A stretch of DNA of 64,000 bases from Callorhinchus milii (GCF_018977255.1 NW_024704742.1:85190001-85254000); one strand, 5' to 3'; shown: positions 39,359-52,373, numbered from the stretch's first letter. The notes: a model not told the origin generated them from the letters alone. A program made the numbers and translations.

Positions 39359-39547
39359 GATCTGATATTACCAAATGGGACACAAGTAGAGACATCGAGT
39401 CCTGTCTCCTCCTCGTCTCTTCTGAATAGACTGCAGTTGGACGATGACCTGGATGGAGAAACCAGAGATCTCTTTGTTGCTGTTGATGACCCCAAAAAAC
39501 ATGTGTCTGCAATGGAAACCTACATCACCTACAGAGTTAGCACCAAG
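39359..39547 (+). CDS. SNX30: SNX30 exon 2 ([63 protein letters not shown]), start of PX domain
   Basis: tag| acceptor, 189 nt, phase 0, donor AAG|gtacag. Translated by hand; absent from the ORF track. Confidence 0.95.
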
Positions 39548-42134
39548 GTACAGGGGCTGGAGTGTCTGCCCATAAGTGTTTTTAGAAGCATGCCCTTGAT
39601 TTGTTCATGATGCACCACTTTGGGCCAATGTGTTCATGTAATTGATTACTACACTAACATTCTACAGCATGATTTGTGCTCTTGACTTTGTCAGCAGACA
39701 AATTCTCTGTTGTCTGAAAAACTGTTTCTCACCCCACCCCACCCCCCACTCCACTCCTGCATTCTTCTCACTTGCAGCTGTGATGTGCTGATGTAATTTA
39801 TTAATAGAGATTAAAATGAAAGACTTGCGTCTTCACTATGGATGTGATGTTGTAATCGTGCGTAGTCAGTAGGGACTTCTGCTTTTTAAAATTTCAATGC
39901 AATTCTTCATGCTATCTATGACTGTCACTGTTGCAACATTGCTTGTTAGAAAATGGAGGGGGTTGTATTTTTCTCATTCTCATCCTCTCTAACTAGTTTC
40001 ACCCCCTCTCCCCCTTGTGTTGCAAGGTACTGGCAATGGATAATTAGAGGGATGAATTGTGTTGGATTTGATGTAATGTGTCAGCATCGTTTCATTTCCC
40101 CTCTTACATTTACATTACATTGGTATTCATGTTGAGAGGGTATCTCAAAGTGCTTCACATCCCAGACTGGGAGCACAAACTGGGAATAGGAAATTGGGGT
40201 TGGGGGAGAATAAGATGGCTGAAAGCTTGATCAACAATCCGGGTTTATAGAACTGCACCCGGCAAGGGGAGTTCAGGAGTAAATAGCAATAGAGAGTGGA
40301 GGGAAACTTAGAAGAAAAAATTGGTCACACTAAATTTATAAAGAAAAGAAAATCTTTCTGATGAGGAGCAGATAGTCATTCTGTTGGTTGACTCGTGTTA
40401 GTTCTAAAATAATAGAGGAGTGAGATTAAGAAATAACTGGAGAAAAGCCACCAGGAAATTGCTTTGACATGAGATCTGGCTGCATTTTCTGCTGAATAAT
40501 TATTGCACATTTAAGTGTGAAGCATAATATAAAGAAATGCTTACTTGATCAAATCTAGGCAAAATAGGTTTTGAAATAAGGAAAACTAAAACCCGCCTGG
40601 TTTGTACCTGAAACAACTTTGCCAAATTCAGAGAGCTCATACATTAAATAAACTTTTGGAGTGTTAATGCTATATCAAGGGGTATCTGATGTTTACGCCT
40701 TTTAATTGGTTCATCATTCTTATTGGAATCAATCACTTTTTTCTCCCACCCCATCCGCCAACAAAGATTAGACTATTGAAATGCAATCCAATTTATTTAT
40801 GCAAGTGAGGTTTATCAGTGTTGAATATATATTTCTTTGTGGCTCAGGTGGTTATGTAGACGCTATCATTTAAGTGCTAAGTGCTGTTTTAATACAATTT
40901 AAGCTATTTATTTCATCAAATTAATGGAATAAGGCTTTCTGACTACATAAAAAATAATCAATATATGCTTTGGTTCAAATTGAAGTAGAAACAATTTGTA
41001 TTTAATGTATTGTGTGCTTAAGTACCATCATATTAGTGATCCAATAAACAGTTTCAACTAGTTCAACTGAATATCACTGGAACATGTATAATGTTCTAGT
41101 GATATTCAGTTGAACTAGATGAGCTACTAAACCTGGTTAATGCACAGCAGTGAGAGTAAAATAAGTTGATATTGAACTGTTCAATCTTTTGTCCTCTCAT
41201 GGTTATAGAGTTGTATTGGGATACTCTGTTAGAATGTACCATGGTTTAGTTTAGGTCTGTTCATAGCATGTGTACTGTGGACTTGCACTATACCAGCTGG
41301 TGTCCGATGTTACAAAATGGTACCTTCTGGATCATCCGTTATTGTCGTTTTCTGCATGCTGTTGAAAGCACTGATGTCACTTTCTCTGGCTGCACATGGG
41401 TGCATGAGATCCGCTGATTTTGCATATGCAATGGTATCAGCAGTACTTGCAGGAAATAACATCAGCATTAACCTTACAACGTGGAAGATAGCCATTTATT
41501 TTGTTGTGCGTTTTTACTGTGGGGAATTTTAACTCGTGAATCCAACCCATCTTGTTACAAAAGGGTTTCCTAGTATATTGGTGTGTTTACGTTTACAGTA
41601 TTGCAGGTGATGGGTGCCTTGGGTTTGGCAACAGAACTGTAAAATAATTGATGTAATTGTTGCCCCAATTCACTTATAAAGGTAGTTTCCTTTTCTTCTA
41701 GAGGAAGATGTGAAGATGGCAGTAAGTGCAATATTTCTTTACAGTGGAGGCTGCCAATGCTTCTGGTCTTTGGTGGGTTGAGTGCTCGGCCCATTGTAAA
41801 AGCAAGTGATGTAATATTCTCATCACTGGGCTGCAAGAAATTTGCTGAACTGGTCTGGAGATGAGATCATATTTGCTTTCAAACCATTCTTTGCAGCGAT
41901 TGCTACACTTCTCTGGAGTCCTGCAATATGAATGAAGTTGATTCCATAGAGCCAGGTGTGAGGAATATGACAAAACCACTTCTGTTTAAAGGGAATACTG
42001 AAGTATAAATGAGTAAGAAAATGCATTAATTGTACAGCCTCTTCCTAGTAAAATCAAAATGGTCATGAATCAATATAACTATTTCAATGCAAATTTGACA
42101 GCTTCTATGTTTTAACTCTTCGAATCGATTTCAG

Positions 42135-42245
42135 ACAACAAGAAATGAGTTTGATTTACCGGAGTATGCAGTACGGCGAAGATACCAGGATTTTGACTGG
42201 TTGAGAAATAAACTGGAAGAGTCTCAGCCAACGCATCTCATTCCC
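42135..42245 (+). CDS. SNX30: SNX30 exon 3 ([37 protein letters not shown]), PX domain
   Basis: ttcag| acceptor, 111 nt, donor |gtaggt. Contains the PX RRY..F motif. Confidence 0.95.
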
Positions 42246-42468
42246 GTAGGTACTAAACTGCTCTGGTCTTGTGTGGGTGTGTGCTTATTAGCAGAGTTAG
42301 AGTGGGGCTCCATGGAACTGAAGCATATATCTGATGCCATTTTCATCCTTCAGACTGGTGTATTCTAAATACACTCCTGATCTCCCCATTTGTTTACTAT
42401 CTTAAATCGATGCCCCATTTAGTCACTGACTTACAGACCAAAGAAAATTTCTCCATATTGACTCTTAG

Positions 42469-43049
42469 CACCAGGCTTCGTGACCACATCACTCCCACCC
42501 TCGCTCGCCTCCACTGGCTCCCCATCCCCCAGAGGATCGATTTCAAGATCCTCATCCTCACCTACAAGGCCATTCATGGCCTTGCTCCCTCCTACCTCTC
42601 CGACAACAACAACAACAAGATTCCATTTATAAAGCGCCTTTCACGTCAGGAGGACGTCCCAAGGCGCTGACCTCTCCGACCTACTATCCCCCTACCTACC
42701 TGCCCGTACCCTCCGTTCCCCTGGCTCCGGTCTGCTCCACATCCCCCGCCCCAACCGCCCTACCATCGACAGCCGGGCCTTCAGCCTCTCAGCCCCGAGG
42801 CTCTGGAACTCCATCCCCCAGTGCCTTCGCCGCCTCCTCCCTTTCCTCCTTCAAGGCCGGTCTCAAGACCTTTCTCTTTGACTGTGCCTTCAGCTCCCCT
42901 CTCGACTCTCTACCCCCTCCTCGATCCCTCCCTTCCCTCCCCTCACCCTGACCACTTCCCCCCTGCTCGGGTCCTGACCCAACTGTACAGCACCTTGGGA
43001 CGTCCTCCCGACGTGAAAGGCGCTCTGTAAATGGAATCTTGTTGTTGTT
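42469..43049 (+). mobile_element. 5'-truncated L2 with a nested antisense 65-nt L2 tail
   Basis: Near-identical to the 3' part of 34651-35778, with an insert at 42605-42669. Confidence 0.9.
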
Positions 43050-43429
43050 ATCAAAACCCCTCAATGTTAAATACCGTGATTGTGTCACCCCACAGCCGCT
43101 TTTGTTGCGAAAAGTTTCAATTCTTCCAATCTCTGCTCACAGGCCAAACCACTCATCTCCGGTATCATCCTAGTAAATCTCCTTTGTACCCCCTCCATGG
43201 CTTGATGTCCACCCTAAAGTGGGGTGATCAAAACTGGACACCATACATGAAGTTTTTGGAATAAATGCAATGATAGTTGTACAATATCCAGACCAGATCC
43301 TGGTTGAAAACTCAAAACTATAATCAAGCTGTATTTTGTGACGTCAAGTGCTGACTCTGTAGTTGGATGCGTTTTTACCCCTTAGTAATGTTGTATGTGT
43401 AAATGTTAATGTTTGTTATATTTTTAATA

Positions 43430-43850
43430 TGATAATACTTGCATTTGAGGTAGCACCTGATTACATGGTTGATGGCTGAAAGCCATCCACTGAAGAGAGG
43501 TGGGACTCATTTTTGTGGGCTAACGCGGCAGCCAATTTGTTCAGTTTGTATCCCATAAAAAGCCATGGAGCGAGTGACCAATTTTATTTGGGGGATTGTT
43601 GGCCAAGGCACCGGGAGAAACTTCCTTTTCTTTTCGAACAGTGTAATGGAATCTTTAACGTCTACCTGAACAGGCAGATGGGACCTCAGTTTAATGTCTC
43701 ATTGAAGGATAGCACCTCCAACAATGCAGAACGCCCCAGCATTGTATTAGTGTAAGCATAGACTATATGGGTTTGAAGTCCTGACGTGGGAGTTGAACCC
43801 ATGACCTTCTAATTCAAAGCCAAGAATGCTACCAATTGAGTTAGACTGAT
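43430..43850 (-). mobile_element. Old Deu-domain-type SINE
   Basis: The reverse complement has a tRNA-like head and the segment ...TGAGACATTAAACTGAGGTCCCATCTGCC...GGTAGACGTTAAAGATTCCATTACACTGTTCGAA..., which I recognise as resembling the DeuSINE central domain. Related pieces at 780-1135, 30740-30985, 35810-35900 and 37825-38030. Confidence 0.65.
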
Positions 43851-46010
43851 TCACTATTGTAAATATAAACTTGTGCATGCTTAGTTCGTGCAAGTAGCTA
43901 GGTATGCTTAAGAAAGACCTCCTTGAAAGGTAATGTGAAGAGGCCTGGAACACAGCCTGTTTTCATGTAAACGAATGTCCAGTCATAGCAGGCTGGTTTT
44001 GGATAGAACTTACTGCCTTTTGTCAAAATATTTAACTTGACGTGGGTTAGGGTGGAGGACAGGAAGAGAGAGGGAGGATTCTTTGCTTACCGATGGGCAT
44101 CGCACAATACTTCATTTTTCTGTTGTATGCTTTTTTTTCCCTGTAAACTTGGCTCTGAATATGGGAAACATTAAGTTTCAGGATGTTGGCCTTTTGTTTT
44201 ACACATCCTTTACACTCTTATTCCAATGCTTTAATTTTAGTAAAAGTGACTTAAAATAGCCTAGTGAACAGGTACTTTCTAAATTTGTTCTGCTCAGATG
44301 TGTTTTGCCTAAAGAACAATCTAAGAAATATTGACTTTTTTTTCCTGAATTTCCAAATATTTTGAGGGAGCAAGCTTTCTCCTGGAAGTTGGGTTTAGTG
44401 CTGGGTAATTAATATTATACTTGCAACAATGATCGACCATTTCTAGATTGGGTGTAACAAAGTTTAAGATTTGGAGTAAAGTCTTCCTTGACTTAACGTG
44501 TCCAATACGAAAAATTTATGCAAAAATGTTTTGGTCGCCAATGGCCATTGCACAATACTTCATGGCAACAGTAAAGGGTTAGTAATTGATTTCTGAGGGT
44601 ATGGTTTCTTTTCAGTCCTTTTCAGGATTCATTTCTCTCTTAACACAAACCCCCTGTTCTAGCTAAACTAAATGGAACTGTTCCGGGACACTTCTTGAAT
44701 CACCAGTGTTGTCCAGCAATGTACCTAAGGCAACAGTTCCTCACTGTAGTTTTAAGATTTATTTACTTTTACTAAAACTAAGGGAGTACTTTGTACAAAG
44801 TGCTATGCTTCCCTTTATAATTAATGTTGTTCCTTTTACTCTGCTTCATTCCACCCTCTTTATAGACAAAGTTTGTAATCCTGACAAAACGTAAGGACTA
44901 TCCTGTGCTGACCCTCATCTCACTTAGTTGCCCATGTCAGAATCCACCCCTACTGCACAGTTTGAAAAAGTTTAGATGCCTGAAAATGTAGCTTTCAACA
45001 GCCTGCACCATGATCCTACCAGACAGGGTATACAGCATTCCATGATAAAATTGAGCAGTTTCCACTGCTTTCACAGAAATATGAAGAAAGCTGAAAGATA
45101 AATCCTTTTGCAGTTCACTGTTGGTGAGGGTTGTAGCGGAGGTTGTGTGAAGGAAATATGGAATATATTGTATGTTTAACATCGATCTTATAAACTTTTT
45201 TAAAGTAGCTGCTGTGTTGCATCATGTTGACCAGTGTCACTTGATCACCTGCTGGTCTCCAACAAAACATAACCTAACATTGCTTCACTCAAGCACTAAT
45301 TCCTTGAGAAATATTTCTGGCAACATTCTAAAGATCCAATATTTTACCCTTAATTCCTCTTCTAATGGATTACAAATGTTCTCCTTTTCTTACTGAAACT
45401 AAGGAAGTACTTTGAGATCTTTAGAGGTAAATGCAGATAAGTTAGCAGCAGTTGGGGTTTTTATCTGCTAGCTATGAACATCGATTAAAGAGCAAACTAA
45501 CGTTTCTAGCAGTATTTCCTAAAATTCAAATTAAATAAAATTAATGAACTTGGTGACAGTTTTAATGAAGTGTTTGCTTGGAAGGTGTATTTCTCTAATT
45601 CTCATCATCTAAATCTCACTCAACTCTCAAGTTCTGTAAGATAGTTATAGGATGAATCTTCAATTTTTTTTCCTTTTCCTAACTCCATGCGAGGAAGCAC
45701 TTCCTCACATGGAGTTAGGAATGCCCTACAGTATTAATAGGAACACAGTAGTCTGGGAGTTAAAGCTGCTGTGCACGACCATGACAGCTTGAGGCACACA
45801 GATTTTTATTCTTCATCCACCTGTTAAAGTGAATATTAAAGATGCCACCATGCTATCTGAGAAGGCGAGGGAATTTCTCCCAGATTCCTGGCCAACATGA
45901 TTAATAGATAATCTCATGGCTGGTTGTGGAACCTTAGTGGTGAAAGTTGTGTTTACTTGTAGTACAACTGCTACAGTGCTTGACTAATTATTTGAAGTCC
46001 TTAGACAAAT

Positions 46011-46373
46011 GAGTCCTAACAGTGGTTAGGGCACTCGCCTCGCAAGCGAGAAACCTGGGTTTGATTCCCGGCAGGGCGAAACGTTGGACAAGTTTCCTTA
46101 TTCCCTACACCTCTGTTTACCTAGCAGTAAGCAGAAGGCTGGTTGGTAGTCATTTGGTGGATCGCTTTTCCAGGGATGATAATACCCCCCCCCCCCTCCA
46201 ATAATAATTTGGTCACTCATTCCACGCCTGTTTGTGGGACGCTGCTGTGCGCAATTGGCTGCCGCATTTCGCTCACAAATATACAGTCAATTCACTTCAC
46301 AGTGTATTCTATGAAGTGCTTTGAGATGTCTAGAAGACGTGAAAAACGCTATATCAAATGCAAGGATTATTAT
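46011..46373 (+). mobile_element. tRNA-derived SINE, longer and older subfamily
   Basis: Same head and tail, plus an extra central segment (CTCTGTTTACCTAGC...GGATCGCTTTTCC). Confidence 0.85.
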
Positions 46374-46886
46374 GTTTGTGATGAGGCGGTATAAAAAAAA
46401 CAAGTTCCTTTACAAATTTCATAATCTGTAAAATAACATGGTCTTCTCCCCCTAAATGTTAAAGCTTAAATCTGATACTAATAATCTTTGCATTTGATAT
46501 GTCTTTCACGTTATTCTGCACAGGACCCACTGTAAAATGTAGTGAGTGTATTTGTAGGCGAACGAGGCAGCACACTTGCACACAGTTTACTTTAAAGAAA
46601 AATACTAATTCCTGAATATTAGCTGCGGCAATGCATAATACAAGCTGTGAAGTGCTTTGAGACTTCCTCTTGGCGTGGAAGGCACTATACCAAATGTGAA
46701 TTATTATTAATAGTCTGAGGAAACCAATAGAGAAATTGAAACTAGGTGAAGGGTTGAAGCTTGTATTATTGCATTGCATTCCTTTGGTTGCTGTTTAGTT
46801 GTTGATGTACATTTAAATGATGTTGATAGTGCAAGTGCAGTCTAAATTTGAAAAAAAGACATGTTTAACCTTATTTTCTTGTGCAG

Positions 46887-47045
46887 CCTCTTCCAGAAAA
46901 GTTTGTTGTTAAGGGAGTTGTGGATCGCTTTTCAGAAGAGTTTGTGGAGACCAGAAGGAAAGCCCTCGACAAATTTCTTAAAAGAATTGCTGATCATCCT
47001 GTCCTTTCTTTCAATGATCACTTCAACATTTTCCTTACGGCTAAG
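46887..47045 (+). CDS. SNX30: SNX30 exon 4 ([53 protein letters not shown])
   Basis: gtgcag| acceptor, 159 nt, donor AAG|gtatgg. PX PPLPEK and RR..L..FL motifs. Confidence 0.95.
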
Positions 47046-48226
47046 GTATGGTTATAAAACACCATGTAAAAGCAAAATCAAGGAAATGCCGTATTGTTGA
47101 TCGTATTAACATTAATAAAACAAGATTGACATCCACAAAAGCATCACCTAATTAAAGTACAGTGGAGTTGTCATATGCAATGTCAGGATTTTTAAAATCC
47201 AGACTCAGTCATTTCTGTTCAGTGCACAGATACAGATTGTATCAGGAGTAATGCTGGAGGTTGGCAGCTGTTTGTACACATCAAAGCACTTCCAGGCATG
47301 TGTTTGTCTGAGGATCTGACTAAAACATTCTAAAATCTATATGGTGGTAACACTTTGGGTTACTGTGCGATTAGTTATTGAAGAGGAATACTGCTTGTGG
47401 AGCATAACAACAACTTTCCTCTGCAAATTATCGGCTATATTCATTAAATCTAAAGTACAAGTACAGTTACTCTTAAGAGGAAGTCTCTTGACCTTCCTGA
47501 ATATTGTGTTCTGTTATGGCTTTTAAAATCCAATAACTTTTGTAATTTCATTTTATCTTGCTCATTGAAAGGATTATTCAGCACTTACAGATTGGGTAAT
47601 CAGCCAGTCTTGTTAAGCGCTTTGGCACACGCTTCGGACAGGAAAGTGCTATATAAATATAAATTTGTGGTGTATGTTAATGTGGAAATGGTGCATTAAT
47701 TCCCTTGGACCACAATAATTGTGAACTGTTACCCAAAATGAACAGTTAAATTTCGGTCCTACCCCCACCATTGCTATTCACTGGGATTTATTAGTAACAT
47801 CTTAGTGCTGTTGTGAAAAATACTTAACCCAAATGTACCATATATTCTCCTGTATCAACAACTAAGCGATAGCCGTAAAACTACCCTCTGTCTATCAGAG
47901 AGCAGTTTTGTGATCTGAATGTGAATTAGATTCATTTTGCGAGAATTATATTCAAAACAAACACCAGTTCTTTATCCCTGGTAATAAAGGCTTGTTACCA
48001 GAAAGGATAGTCCAGGTCAGATTACTTCACTAATGATACAGTAATGAAAGCCAGGGGAGATGCCATTGAGGAAGGATATGATCAGATGAGCCCAAGTTTC
48101 TTTCCATTATCCTAATGTGGGGCTTCAGCCCACAACCTTCGAGGCGAGAATGTTACCAATTGAGTAAAAATTAGAATATCTCAGTCAACTTGTTTTTAAT
48201 TTTGTTTTTCTTTCACCCCCATATAG

Positions 48227-48422
48227 GATCTAAATCCTTACAAAAAGCAAGCTTTGGCCTTCATAGCAAAGGTGGGAGAGTCAGTAAAGTATGTTACAGG
48301 AGGCTACAAACTAAGAAACCGACCAATGGAATTCGCTGCGATGGGGGATTACTTAGACACATTTTCTCAGAAGCTTGGAACAATTGATCGAATCGCACAG
48401 AGGATAGTCAAAGAACAAGGAG
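48227..48422 (+). CDS. SNX30: SNX30 exon 5 ([36 protein letters not shown]...RIVKEQG), start of BAR region
   Basis: atatag| acceptor, 196 nt ending in phase 1, donor G|gtgaga. Overlaps ORF 48254..48487. Confidence 0.95.
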
Positions 48423-48653
48423 GTGAGATGCTGGGAAACCTTTTGAGAGAAAACCATTTGTACCAAACTCGTACCAATCCCTCCTGAATATATCTTTGCC
48501 CAAAGCATTCCAAAACGAATGGTAGGATTTTCCAGGTTTGTTCCAGTTTGTATAGATTAGCACGTGCTGATGACTGTAAAATAAGACTAGATAAAGGCTA
48601 AAATGGAACTTTCTTTTCCCTTACCTTCCCAAAAAAATTCTTATCCATGTAAA

Positions 48654-49023
48654 TGGAGTCCTGTAGCTTAGTGGTTAGAGCACTTGCCTCACACGCGAGA
48701 GGATCTGGGTTCAATTCCCAGGCAGGGTGAAATGTTGGGCAAGTTTCCTTTCTCCACACGGCTCTGTTTACTAGCATTAACTGGGAAACCAGTTGTTAGT
48801 CGATTGGCGGATTGCTTTTCCAGAGGTAATAATCCCTTCATACAAAACATAATAATTTGGTCACTCAGTCCACGACTGCTTGTGGAACACTGCAGTGTGC
48901 AATTGGCTGCGCATTTTGCCCACAAAATACAGTCAATTCACTTTATAGTATATTCTGTGAAGTGCTTTGAGACATCTCGAAGATGTGATAAGGCATTATA
49001 TTAAATGCAAGGATTATTATTAT
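48654..49023 (+). mobile_element. tRNA-derived SINE, longer and older subfamily
   Basis: Same extra central segment as 46011-46373. Confidence 0.85.
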
Positions 49024-49293
49024 CAGAAGGGTAGTGCAGCTTTTCCCATTGAAGTTGCATGGACACTGTCAGTTCTGATGTTTGATCCATGAGCAGTGAG
49101 GAGGGTATGCAGTAGTAGTATAGGATAATGTGAGCAATATGCCATCAAATTGGAACTATTTAATTGAGAGCAGATGATCACGCCATCAAATCATTCTACA
49201 CATAATGTGTCAAGAATAGTTCAGATTTGTTCACTTGTATGCTTGTTGGGATTCAAAACTGTTGGTGTTTGTGGAATAATGGAAAGGACTCAG

Positions 49294-52200
49294 TACTCCT
49301 CTGGCTCTTTCCCCTCTTTTGAGCACCTCACCCTCTCCCACCCCTCCTTTCTCTCACTCAAAATCCTCCTCCTGTAACGGCCCCCTAAAACCTCTCCCAC
49401 CTTCATCTCCGATATTTCTACCCTACTAACATCTCTCTGCCTCTGCTCTGATCGCCTCATCATCCTGGGCGACTTCAAACTGCACTTCACCCTCTCCTGC
49501 TCCATCTCTGCTCCATCTCCTCGGACTTCTCCTCCCTGCTCTCCTCGCTCAACCTCTCCCTCCACATCAACTCCGCCACTCACAGTCACGGCCACCCACT
49601 CAACTTGGTGATCACCCGGGGCCTCAGTGTCTCAGATGTCACCATTACCGACAAGGCCGTCTCCGATCACCACTTCATGTCCTTCACCACCTCCACCCCC
49701 CTCCCCACCTCCACCAGACCCAGCACCATCTTCTACCGCCCCTAGAAGAAGTTACCCCCTCAATCCCTAACCGCTGCCTTGGAGTCCTCTGAACTCCTCT
49801 CCCTCTCGTCTTCAACCCTCACTGACCCATCTTCTGCTCTCACCCTCCTCCACAACACCCTTTCCTCCACACTCGACACTCTGGCCCCCATCACCTCCCA
49901 TGCTGTGGGAGTCCTTTGTGGAGTCCTGTAGTTCAGTGGTTAGAGCACTCGTTTTGCAAGTGAGAGACCCGAGTTCAATTCCAGGCAGAGGGCGAAACCT
50001 TGGGCAAGTTTCCTTACTCCACACGCCTAATAATAATCCCTCCAAAACTAAAAACAAAATTAAATTGGTCATTGTCAATCTACGACTGTTTGTGGGACAT
50101 TGCTGTGCGCAATTGGCTGCCGCGTTCACCCACAAATATACAGTCAATTCACTTTACAGTGTGTTCTGTGAAGCGCTTTGGGACGTCCTCCCGACGTGAA
50201 AAGCGCTATATCAAATGCAAGGATTATTATTATTATTATTATACTGTCTCCTACTCTCGTTCCTCCCCCTGGTTCACCACTCACCTCCGCTCACTGAAGA
50301 GCCAGGTGCGGGCCGTTGAACCCACCTGGGTCAAATCTGGCCTAACGGTCCACCGACAAATCTGGTTGGACCTCCTCAAAATCTACCGCTCCACTCTAGC
50401 CTCGGCCAAGTCGTCCTTCTACTCCAGGATAATCCTGGAGGCGAAGAACAACCCCAGGTTTCTGTTCTCTACCACATCCCGACTCCTCCGTCCCCCCCGC
50501 CACCCCGCGCAGGTCATCTCCTCCAACCTTCACTGCGAGGAGATGCTGGATTTCCTTGAATCCAAAATCAAGGGAATCCGCTCCGCGGTCACTCCCCCTC
50601 CAACTTCCCCCCACCCCTTCCCTCCCACACTCCGACTCCTACCCATCCTCCCCTACACACCTTCGAACCCGTTTCCCCACCCTCTGTCACCAAACTCATC
50701 CTGTCCCTGAAACCCACCACCCGCTCCCTTGACCCCATCGCCACTCCACTCCTTATCTCTCAGCTCCACCTCCTTGCCCCACTTATCACAGACATCATCA
50801 ACCTGTCCCTCTCCTCTGGCTCTGTTCCCATTCCCTAAAAACTGCCACCATCACTCCCACCTTGAAAAAACCCTCCCTTGATGCGTCGCAGCTATCAAGC
50901 TACCGGCCCATCTCCAACCTCCCCTTCCTGTCCAAGGTCCTTGAAAGAGTTGTCGCCTCCCAGCTGCGCTCTTTCCTCTCCACCCATGCATTATTCGAAC
51001 CCCTTCAGTCGGGTTTCCGTGCTGCCCATAGCACAGAAACCGCCCTGGTCAAGGTCACCAATGACATCTTGACCATCTGCGACCAGGGCTCCCTCTGCCT
51101 CCTCGTCCTCCTCGACCTATCGGCAGCATTCGATACGGTCGACCACTCTATCCTCCTCCACCGCTTGTCCTCCCACCTCAACCTTCAAGGCCCTGTCCTT
51201 GAGTGGTTTAGGTCGTACCTCTCCCACCGTCTTCATTTTGTTTCCACAAACGGCTTTTCCTCCACCCCCGCACTGTCTCGTGCGGTGTCCCTCAGGGCTC
51301 TGTCCTCGGTCCCCTCCTCTTCACCCTCTATATGCTCCCCCTTGGTGACATCATCCGCAGACATGGGGTTAACTTCCACATGTATGCGGATGACACCCAA
51401 CTCTACCTTTCCTCCTCTACTCTCAACTCCACGACCACCGATGTCCTGACAGCTGCCTGTCCGACATCGAGTCCTGGACGAGAGACAACTTTCTTCAGCT
51501 CAACGTGTGCAAAACTGAGGCCCTCCTGATTGGCTCACGTCAGCGCCTCCGCACCTCAGGCGCTGACACCATCAGCATCCAAGGCTGCACTCTCCACCTC
51601 TCAAAGCCAGTCAGGAACCTCGGGTTCTGTTCGACCCTGAGCTGTCCTTTCTCCCTCATATCCGCACCACAACTGGCACCGCCTTCCATCACCTCCGGAA
51701 CATCGCCAGACTACGGCACTACCTCACCCCTCACGCTGCTGAAACTCTGGTCCACGCCTTTATCACCTCAAGGCTGGACTATGGGAACTCTCTCCTCGCC
51801 GGCCTTCCCGGCACCTCCCTCCACAAGCTGCAGGTCATTCAGAACTCTGCAGCTCGTGTACTGTCCCGCACCAGGCTTCGACCACATCACTCCCACCCTC
51901 GCTCGCCTCCACTGGCTCCCCATCCCCCAGAGGATCGAATTCAAGATCCTCATCCTCACCTACAAGACCATTCACGGCCTTGCACCCTCCTACCTCTCCG
52001 ACCTACTATCCCCCTACTTACTTGCCCGTACCCTCCGTTCCTCTGGCTCCGGTCTGCTCCACATTCCCCACCCCAACCGCCCTACCATCGGTGGCCGGGC
52101 CTTCAGCCTCTCAGCCCCGAGGCTCTGGAACTCCATCCCCCAGTGCCTTCGCCGCCTCCTCCCTTTCCTCCTTCAAGGCCGGTCTCAAGACCTTTCTCTT

Positions 52201-52373
52201 TGACCGTGCCTTCAGCTCCCCTCTCGACTCTCTACCCCCTCCTCGCTCCCTCCCTTCCCTCCCCTCACCCTGACCATTTCCCCCCTGCTCGGGTCCCGAC
52301 CCAACTGTCCAGCGCCTTGGGTCATTCTCCCGACGTGAAAGGCGCTCTATAAATGAAATCTTGTTGTTGTTGT
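49294..52373 (+). mobile_element. L2 LINE with most of ORF2 (partial EN plus RT), frameshifted and interrupted by a SINE
   Basis: YRPISNLPFLSKVLE, QSGFRAAHSTETAL, LLDLSAAFDTVDH and YADDTQLY motifs; same 3' tail as 34651-35778. Confidence 0.93.
49918..50240 (+). mobile_element. tRNA-derived SINE nested in an L2
   Basis: Full-length copy; L2 sequence resumes after the (ATT)n tail. Confidence 0.92.

Noticed and set aside
42246..42255. Tandem donor GTAG|GTAC after SNX30 exon 3
   Set aside because: The second GT has a poor consensus (GTACTA) and there is no transcript evidence; such motifs are common by chance.
49294..52373. Active reverse transcriptase or novel RT system
   Set aside because: An ordinary L2 ORF2 broken by stops, frameshifts and a SINE insertion.
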